The notes beneath the pieces are model-generated. The model did not search any database. It was given only the letters and a program-made list of their open reading frames with translations, and had not been told where the DNA came from. This document shows, one piece after another, positions 1 through 9,410 of a stretch of 64,000 nt of DNA. The stretch lies in contig OZ116700.1 of assembly GCA_964199315.1 (NCBI GenBank), positions 2,418,001-2,482,000 on the forward strand. Direction: 5' to 3'. The DNA comes from Orbicella franksi (Eukaryota). The position numbers and the translations under genes are program-made. The stretch's first letter is position 1; each line of letters opens with the position of its first letter.

Positions 1-10
1 TCTCATTCAG

Positions 11-3000
11 CTCAACGAAGGTCAGACAGGAGGTCCTGTTGGAGTGGACATTAATGTTCTTCCAGTATGGAAGAAGGGCTTCACGGGCAAAGGAGTTGTG
101 GTATCCATATTGGATGATGGTGAGTCATAAACTTATGTTGAGTCTTCATTTTTATGTGGCTAAATGTAACTTAGGTAAAGTTTGACTCGAGCCAATAGTG
201 GTCAGAGGCATTTCAGAGCAGCCATGCTCTGTGCGGTCTCATACAGGATTTCGCACAACCTACATGTTTTGCTTGCCAGCTGTGTAAGAACGTGCAGTTT
301 GCTTTGAGTGTGATTCATGCTTCTAGCATGCTTTTGCTCCCTCGCCTCCCTCCCTTTTGCTGGTGATGGTAAGTATCTCCACTGATTCTATTAGTTTGAC
401 AGTGCCTGACAATTGCCGCTCTCAGAGTTGCCATAGATACCTGCTTGCTCTGCTTGATGCTCATATTTCACCTGACTCCATCATCCCTTAGGCCCCTTTC
501 TCAAGCTATTCAGTTGGTGATGAGTTTAATTTGACTATTTTACTTTAAAAAATACACACACACTTGATTTGCTCACATGAACATGGCCTTTGTTTTCAGC
601 TCTCTGAAATGCATAGCAGTTCACCATATTTCTTTCTTTCTGTTTTTTTTTTTGGCAGGTGTGGATCACACCCACCCAGACTTAGCCGCAAATTATGTAA
701 GTTGTAGAGTTAGTACTTCAACTTTTGTACCTCTTTAAGTGTACACATATGCAGATCAGTATAGTTACCAAATAGAAGATGATATTCTATATTCTGCATG
801 CTTGAGCTCTAGAAAAACTGCTTGTGGATGCACAAGTGCAGCGCAAGTGCTTTCAGCGGTTTTTCTAGGCAGCAAAAATTGGATTATTTCCTTAGAAAAT
901 GTAGGAACACCATCTTCTATTTGGTTTAGAATATAGCACAGAAAAATGAAAATATCTACGCCTGAGAAAAGGCAGTGATTGTGCTGGCAACATAACATCC
1001 TGGACATACATCTATTTAAAAAATGCACACTCATCTCCAATGATGTGGGTATACAGCAGCTACATTTTATTATTGCGCCTTTCAATAACACGCGGACTCT
1101 AAAATTCAAAGCTCAACCGACAGATGCGTTTTTTGCTACCGTCAAGCAAATGTTCAGCGGCTCCTTGAACCTTCCACTATGTTGTTTGAACTGTGCTCAA
1201 CGATTTGATTTGATTACCGCACTCTCGGCAGTACTGGCAAGCTGGGAGGAGCTGCCAAACATTTGATTGGCAGCAGCAAAAAACACATCTGTTGGATGAG
1301 CTTTGAATTTTAGAGTCCACATGTTATTGAGGGGTGCAGTGAAAGTAAAATACATAAACTGTGCCAAATGAAAGTACTGTTCAGTAGTATTCATTTGAAC
1401 AGTCACACATAAAGATTTCTTTCACAGACTTTGGTCTTTTCACTGAGTGTGTTATTGTTCTCTTATCGTTACAGGATCCAAAAGCTAGTCACGATTTTAA
1501 TGATAATGATGATGACCCTAGGCCACGGGACACAGATCCTGATAACTGGTAATAGCTTAATAATGATTTTAATGTCATATTAATATATTTACAGGTAGTG
1601 TCTTACATGTAACCTTTTGCTTGCTGTGCAAGTTGCTTCCCAGCCCTCCTCCCCCCCTCCTTTCCGGGTCGAAGTAGCCTCCTACACAGATGTTCTTTCG
1701 GCTTGTCATACACTACCCACCCCCCCCCCCAACCCCAACAAAAAAATACATCAGAAGCCCAAAGACCTTCTGCATAGGAGACTAGGGTTGAAATGAAATC
1801 GAAGGAAACAAAAAAAAAATCGAATTTGACTGCAAAATATATTGGTCTATTTGAGTGGACTCTAGGGTTTGAGGCCGACTTCCTGAGCTCCTCCATACTC
1901 TATATAAGGGTTAAACCCAGGCAGGAGAAGAGAGAGCGAGGAGGATAACTTGCATGTGCAGCTTAGAATACTGCCATTGATCAGCACTCTTTGATTAGCT
2001 GGCTATAATAAGAGTGCTCGCTTTCAGCACGTGCATGTAAGTTATCCTTCTAATCTTGCAAGAAAACAGACGCTACGTGCAAAGTGATGACAACTTACCT
2101 GAGTTGCTTGTTGATCAGAAACCAGAGAAAAGGAGCCAGAAGACCAGAAAAAGGTTTTTTTTTTCTTTTTTCCTGATTCCTTTTACAGCCACGGCACGCG
2201 CTGTGCAGGAGAAGTTGCTGCCTTGGCAAACAACTCTATCTGTGGGGCAGGAGTAGCATATCAGGCGCATGTTGGAGGTATGATTTTGTCGGAAATAAAT
2301 TTCGTTTATTTTTCTTTACAGCATAGATCCTTTGTCAATGAAACTGTTTAATGAGAAACATAGTACAGTTCAACCCCTATTAAACGGCCACCCTCGGGGA
2401 ATTGGATAGAGGTCGCTTAAAGGGGCTGGGGCCCGTTTCTCGAAGGTCCCGAAAAGTTTTCGCACCCGGAAAGCCATAGCAAAATCTTGAACCTTACGAT
2501 TACAGAGCTGTTTTATTCACATATTCTTAATATGATCAGAGGTTCCCTTCATACAAGAAGTTTCAGGCGTATACACTTCTCCGTTGTTAGATACTGACCA
2601 ACTAAAAATGGCTTTACGGGCCCGAAAAGTTTCCAGGGCTTTCGAGAAATGGGCCCCTGGCCGCTTAATAGAGGTCAAAACTATACAGAAGCCCTCATAG
2701 GGGCCTTGATTACTGGCCTCCTAATAAGGGTGGCCGCTTAATAGGGGTTCGACTGTATTCCGATGTTGGACAATACCTTTAGCTGCGAGAGTATTAACGT
2801 CAAGAATAAGGAAGCATTCGTAAAGAGGAACTTACAGTAGTTAATGCGCTGTGATTTTTAGCAAGAGATGCCAAAAAAAAAAAAAAAAAAAAAAACCGCT
2901 TCCCTTAATTAACCGAAGAGTGAAACTGATTCATCATAAAAGACTTCTGCTAACTTCGCTTTTTGCCTGTCACTGGTCAAGCAGCGGCTGGTTGCGATAT

Positions 3001-6000
3001 CTACTCTTATTTACAGGCTTCGAAGTGCTCAGTTTGTTTCAGATAGCCTTTTCACAAATTTAACACAAAGCGCGTGCATTTCAGGTGTTCGCATGTTGGA
3101 CGGTAAGGCCACAGATGCGTTAGAGGCCAGCTCCCTGGGATTTCAACTTCAGTACGTTGACGTCTTCAGTAACTGCTGGGGTCCAAAGGATGATGGAAAA
3201 ACGTTTGGCAAGCCAGGTCCCTTAGCAGCCAAGGCCCTGAAGAGAGGAGCTGAGGCGGTAAGACACGGGGAATTATTTCCTGTTCGAGGTTTAATCGGGC
3301 GTTATCTAACTAGTACTATGGTTTTACTGTGAAATCTGGGAATTACACTTAACTTAAAAGAAACTATGGAATTTGTTGACTTAACTTGTAACTGAGTGCT
3401 GAAAGACACATCTCATTAGTTGACAACCACTATGCCTTAGCCCCTGACCACATTAATCGATTACGGTGCCAAAACTGCAGCCTTTTGAAAACGCATCGTT
3501 TTGAAAACGTTTCCTTTCTAGAGTGGGTAGGTGAAAACGGAGGCTTTTGAAAACGGTGCCGGAAAAAGCGTCATATACTGTCGTTTCTATCAGCGTTTTC
3601 GGTCGTTTTTATAGTGCGGACGATAGGCGAAAACGCATCAAAAAGTATGCATTTTCATACGAAAACGCATTAGTGTGTGGACAAGTGAAAACAAACCGAA
3701 AACGTTAGTGTGGGCGAAAATATTTTGCTTCGCTTTGGTTGTGACGAAAACGGATACTTTAAAAAACGCATTAGTGTGGTGGAGACCGGCCTTACATTAT
3801 TGAAGTGCGACCAGTAAATGCGTGTATCGCTTTGTCTTAAAAGTGCATCGAATTGGCGGCATCCAGAGGCCGATGGATATGGCAGTTCGTAATAAATCCG
3901 GCCCAATCTCCTCCAGTCTTGACCATCCGTGGTCGTTTATACTTATCATTACTGCTTTTGGGTTTTTCATCCTTAATCAACGCTTATTTTTAAGATTCCT
4001 TCCTTTGGAAGATAATTATCAATTCTCCACGTTGCGATAATGCCAATCGTGTTGTTTTTTCTATTCCAGGGTCGTGGCGGCAAAGGTAACATCTACGTGT
4101 GGGCGACTGGTAATGGAGGTCTGACAGATGATGACTGTAACTGTGATGGTTACACCACCAGTATCTACACAGTGTCTATCGGATGTATCGGGGACCATGG
4201 TCTGTCTGCTTACTACACTGAGCTCTGCTCTTCTACTTTAGCGGTCACGTTTAACGGAGGTGCTCACAGAGAGCGCGAAGAAAACAAAATGGTACCTTGA
4301 TTCGTTTTCTTAGTTGTACTGCAGTATTACTGATGGCGAGTAGATCTTAGCGGATGCTTGTCGAACCTGCCTTCTCTAATTGTTGTTTTTGTGAATTTAT
4401 TTGTTTGTTTTTGTAGATCACTACAGATCTTCATCATCAGTGCACAGAGCAATTCAAAGGCACTTCATCTGCCGCTCCTCTGGCAGCAGGGATGATAGCT
4501 CTTATGTTAGAGGCTAAGTAAGTAATACCGAGTCCATGCAAGTTCGGTCATGTTGCAGCTCTCGTAAGGTCTCACATGAATGGCTTGAAACCCTTTGAGA
4601 GGACAATAGAACAAACAACAGAAACAATGCCCCCTAGCCCCAAAACAATAACAGCTGCTGCAATGACGACAAATAGAATTACAAGATTGCGAGAGCTGGT
4701 ACACTACCGACAAGTTCTGGCGCTTCACCTAAGCTGCCACAGGCTTCCGCCATTAGCTCGGGTTTTTCTGTTTATGGAACCAACTAAAACTAGGGCCTGA
4801 TCCAAACAATTGACAAATATCACTCTATGTGGTACATACGTTATGTTGTTAAAAGTGTTAGACATCCGGATCGGACTTTCGGAGTCCAATTTTTCCTCTA
4901 TAAAAATGTTTTTCCCTGCTTATGTTTTGTGTAGTTTGAAATTATTCAAGCTCAAAACAGAAGGACAGACAATATAAACTGAAAAACTTACCGAAAAGTT
5001 ACAAAACTGAAATAAAAACTCTCGCTAATCCTGGGTTAGCTTAATCGGGCTTTGAACAACCCAGCCCTGGGACCCGGTTCTCGAAAGCCATTTTTAGTTA
5101 ACCTGTATCTAAAAACAGAGAAGTGTATACGCCCGAAACTTCTTGTATGAAGAGAGCCTCTGATCGTATTAAGAATATGTGAAGAAAACAGCTCTGTAAT
5201 CATAGCGTTTGAGATTTTGTTACGGCTTTCCGGGTGCAAAAACTTTTCGGGACCTTCAAGAGTCGCCTCATGCTACAGAATCCTGAGTTAGCGCCGATAC
5301 CGATGATAACATGATGCATGCAAATGTGTCATTCTGCGTTTGAATCATTGCGGATATTTATTTGTGATAAACATTGCTTTTGTTTTCTGTTTCAGTAATA
5401 AACTTACATGGCGAGATGTACAACACATCGTGGTCAGAACAGCCAAACTAACGAGTCCTGTAGACGACGGCTGGCGTACAAACGGAGCTGGATTTCATTT
5501 TAATCACAAGTTCGGTTTCGGCCGCCTTGATGCTGACGCTATGGTTGAAATGGCCAAATCATGGACTACTGTTCCCGCTCAACGCATCTGCACTGGTGCT
5601 GCCAGCATAGAAGAACGGTGAGCAACCGTCAGTAGCTTCATCGTTACTTATCATACTCACAGGGCTCGAAAAAGGTGCCGTCCGGTCTCCCAGAACAAGT
5701 AGATTTTCCTGCCAGCCATGTAATTTTTCACTCTCTCTTGACTTTCCGCAAGGGCAATGGCCCAGGCGTATATTCTGCCAACTAGGTAGAAAACAAGTAA
5801 ACTAAGATTTGTCCAGGGCAAGCAAAATTTGAGGGCTGCTTGTCCGAAGTGCAAGCTGGAATTCTATTTTTTTTTTCCGAGCCCTGACTTATCATTAATT
5901 TGGTTACCAAACACTTTTCTCGAAAGAATTTTTAAAGAAAATTGATACAGTTGCTTTAGTTTTGGGTTTACTCAAATTGCTCTCTGTGACTTACTGGTTG

Positions 6001-8892
6001 TTTCAGATAATATGGATTGTGCAACAAACACGTGCGATTTATTCGATTCGAACCACTGGTATTGCTTTTTATGCGGTTTGAGGCGGTTTGGTGTTTCTGG
6101 TCATATGACTTCACTTGCCAGATTTTGATGTGACTTGAGAATGATGAAAGAGCCTTCAAAAACCAGAAACAAGGCCAGCTTATATTCATATGTTAGAGAT
6201 CGAAAATTGTAATTCTTCTTTAGCAACAGAGCGGCAATTGATTGAAATCACCAGATTAAACCGAAGCTATTCTAAGGTGACCTGCAACGAGCCTTCGGTT
6301 CTTCATATAGCGACATAGAGTGATATCATTTATGCCTTGCATGTCTTTCGCTGTACAGAGACATCCCATCAGGAGGTGCACTGGAACTGTCCATACCCAC
6401 CAAAGCGTGCGCGGGGACTATTGCCGAGATAAACAAACTCGAACACGTGGTACTCACCATCAGTTTCATTCACCGGCGCCGCGGTGACGTCAGCATTCTT
6501 CTGATGTCACCATCCGGGACAAAGAATGAGATGCTGTCAACGCGCCATTACGATGACTCAAAGGAAGGGCTTGACAACTGGGGCTTCATGACTGTCCACT
6601 GCTGGGGTAAGCACTGTTCAACAACCAAAATGTCCTTAGTAATATCTGTATATTTCTTCTAGCATTGTTTGGAGAAATAGACTTTCTGTGAAGAACAGGG
6701 TAAATGGAGTTGCCACAGGTCAGGAAAAAAGTCGGGCTTCTTTTTCAAGGTCAGGGAATTTCTAATCTGGCCAGAAAAATATAAAATTTTTATGAAATTT
6801 AGAGAATTTTATTTTCCCGTTGCTGTAGTTGAGAAACGTTTTGTTGTAGCCAGTGAAAATGTTTTTCAAAATAAATTGGAGGCAAGTTTTATTCTGCTCA
6901 AGACAAAACCAGGGAATTTTTTACTTTCCTCCTACCGGGCGACCTACTTAGACTGGTTAGTATCTATACAAACTGCTCAATTTTATACGTAGTGCTGTTT
7001 ACAAATGGAACTTTTTTCGCATGACCTTTTTGCGTTTCTTCAAGTGTGGTCATGCCACATTGTAAGCTATTTTTATCCTCAGCATCTTCAGCCATCTGAC
7101 CTCGCTTCCATTCGGGTTCCTACCTTTTGTTGGGTGCTGTTCCACAAAATCGAACCATTCAGTTATTGATCGTTTTGTGACAGTATTTACAATAATCATT
7201 TTCCCAAATCATGCTGTTTCACTTGAAAACGAACTAGGTTACACTGTTAAATGTGTCATTATTTAGGTGAGAATCCTCGCGGTTTCTGGCAGTTGAAGCT
7301 CATAGACAATCCTCTGAATGAAATCGGGGATCGCGTGTTGAATGGGTTCGGGACACTGCATCTAGACACCAGTAAACAGGACACTGATGTGGAGGACTTA
7401 GAAGAACAAGTTATCGACGATCAAACCAAACAGCAACAGACCCATGTACAACAGCTGAAATTACAGGTATCATCACAAGTGTGCAAAAACAATGTAGTTA
7501 CACGTGCCTTGGAAAAAATTAATCACACAACGCTCTCCAACGTCAGGAACAAAAATCCGGACGACACCGGTTGCACGTTTTCCCGCGCTTTGTGCCGGTG
7601 GCGTGTTTTCACACGCTTGTCACCGGATGCGGTTTCTCTGCGCTTTACACTGGTTCTAATTTTTCATAGATTGCAAGTAGTCTGTCTTTTGCTCTAAAAT
7701 CTGCAGCGAAATACGCTAAAAGAAACCTGTGGGAACTAGCACGATATTTCAGAGGCGAGCGATGAAGCTACGAGTCGCGAGTGTTGCAGGCGTGGTGTCT
7801 CTTTTCGCTCGTTTTCTGACCCCCGGGCTACTTGTGGTTTAGTCTCCCACCCCTCGAATATTGTAGTTGTTCGCTCAATTTTTGCGGTCTTCCCTGCGGG
7901 TTCTAGAGCAAAAGAGAGTCTGCGAGCATTCTGCTGTTTCCTGCGCTTGGTACCGCTGACGATTTTTTCTGTGTTTGTAACTGGATGCGTTCTCTTGGTA
8001 CCGGTTATACTCTTTCCCGCGCTTGACGTCAGTTGCAGTTTTTGCTTGAAGTTTTGATTGAACAGTTTCGTTGTTTCCGTTTGCTGTGATGAGTTGAAGT
8101 GATTATTGTGGCTTTACGACATTGTATCATTTCTGGGTTTCATTTTATACCATAATTTTCCTTTGCTAGAATGCCCATGTTGACTTTCCATATCCCCCTG
8201 GCGTTAGACGAGATGAAGTGCGGCACCAGAACAGGTCTGAAATGAGCGAACAAAGCGTGATAGACGATCTTTATAATCTCACAGAAAGCGACGTGGCCAG
8301 CACCACGGAATACGTGTACGATCGCAGCCGAATCTCGTATCCCCAAAATTCTGGAAGCGGAGATATTTCCGGTAGTGATCAGGATTTCGGAGATCCCGGG
8401 CTTGACCTTAATCCCGAGGGATCTTCTAGTGGGGAACATCCCATGGGATCAGCTAATGAGAGAGTTTACTTAGAAAAAATCCCCGACGATGACATGGATG
8501 CCGAAGAGCGGGACGACATTTCGAATCCCGCGGGATTGAGGGAGGCATCTTGGGACGGTGTACCCGACGACGAGGAATATCTCGACGAAGACATCTCCAA
8601 TGATAACGAAGACCTTAAAGATACTTTCGAAGAAAAACCATCTGTACCTAAGAAAACGAAATATAAAGCTGGAAAGAGGAAAACAAACAAACCAGTTGCA
8701 AAGAAAAGCGTTGTTGTAGACAATAACTCTAATACGATAAAGAAGAAGGTTCAAGTAGCGGCCGAGGAGACCGCTACCCAGCGTGTTCAAGTGAACGCGG
8801 GCTACGAAAATCCCGAGATCCCTTGTTTGGGCAGCGGCTGTTCAGGAGTGTTGTTAAAATGGGTGTTGACATTTTATGGAACTGAAAATTAA
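11..8892 (+). CDS. Proprotein convertase (subtilisin/kexin S8B family, soluble PC1/3-like architecture), paralogue A; 5'-partial, 11 exons in window, 732 aa encoded here
   Basis: Hand-spliced GT-AG exons with consistent phases: 11-119, 659-696, 1475-1548, 2189-2277, 3085-3257, 4070-4291, 4417-4517, 5396-5617, 6359-6606, 7267-7466, 8170-8892(TAA). Catalytic motifs VSILDDG (Asp), HGTRCAGEV (His), ATGNGG (oxyanion Asn), KGTSSAAP (Ser). P-domain RRGD and terminal WVLTFYGT. No transmembrane or Cys-rich region. Confidence 0.95.
1083..1329. repeat. Imperfect inverted repeat (82-bp arms at 1083-1164 and 1248-1329), probable MITE remnant
   Basis: Left arm aligns without gaps to the reverse complement of the right arm with 12 mismatches in 82. 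Confidence 0.8.
2366..2755. mobile_element. Tc1/mariner-pogo-type MITE (TA-flanked) carrying a nested second MITE
   Basis: TIRs CAGT(T/C)(C/G)AACCCCTATTAA(A/G)CGGCCACC at both ends, flanked by TA. Confidence 0.85.
2429..2656. mobile_element. PIF/Harbinger-type MITE (228 bp) nested in the element at 2366-2755
   Basis: TIRs GGGCCCGTTTCTCGAA / TTCGAGAAATGGGCCC; 3-bp TSD CTG on both sides. A partly deleted inverted copy lies at about 5069-5260. Confidence 0.85.
3437..3795. mobile_element. Degenerate MITE with internal GAAAACG repeats
   Basis: Imperfect terminal inverted repeats (…ACCACATTAAT / ATTAGTGTGGT…); multiple internal GAAAACG(C/G)A motifs. Confidence 0.5.
5069..5260 (-). mobile_element. 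Inverted, partly deleted copy of the Harbinger-type MITE at 2429-2656
   Basis: Shares GAAGTGTATACGCCCGAAACTTCTTGTATGAAG and CAGCTCTGTAATC with the reverse complement of 2429-2656. Confidence 0.75.
5660..5886. mobile_element. hAT-like MITE
   Basis: Terminal CAGGGCTCGAAAAA / TTTTCCGAGCCCTG; no clean adjacent TSD. Confidence 0.55.
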
Positions 8893-9104
8893 GAACATTT
8901 AGTCTAGCAATTTTTATTAATTTATCAATTTTATAATTCTCAGGAACAGACCAACCACAGCTACATCTAGGTATATATTAGACCATCATTTGGCTTAATT
9001 TTGAAAAAAAAAAAACAGGCTCAAGAGTGGTTTGTGATAATATTACACCTTACTACAACCGTGTATAGAATCGAAACCTTTGGCTGAGCCATATATTCGA
9101 TTCT

Positions 9105-9410
9105 ATTTAACAATTAGATTATCAGGTCGAGACTTCTGTCGCGTGACAGTTGACGAGGGCGCAGCCCGAATCATCTATCACGCATAGAAATCGAGAGCGA
9201 ATAATCTAATTGTTTAAGTACAAGTCTACTAGTCGTTCACAACTTTACCTCAAAACTCTTCACAGACACTTCGAAAACGCAAAGAAGTGGCGGGTGTCAT
9301 TTTGTTAACAAGCGCACACTGCTACGCTACTCGCTATCTATCACAGAACAGATAGTGAGTAGCGTAGCCAATCAGAGAACGGCATTCGTGGTAGAACGCT
9401 AGTAGATTTA
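9105..9410. repeat. Interspersed repeat with internal palindromes; inverted relative at 13740-14010
   Basis: The reverse complement of the 3' part of this repeat (about 9325-9400) closely matches 13740-13815 (…GCCGTTCTCT(G/T)ATTGGCTAC(G/A)CTACTCACTATCT…). Confidence 0.7.

Noticed and set aside
8140-8790. Minus-strand ORFs 8140..8439, 8466..8723 and 8470..8790
   Set aside because: Antisense shadows of the terminal PC-A exon.
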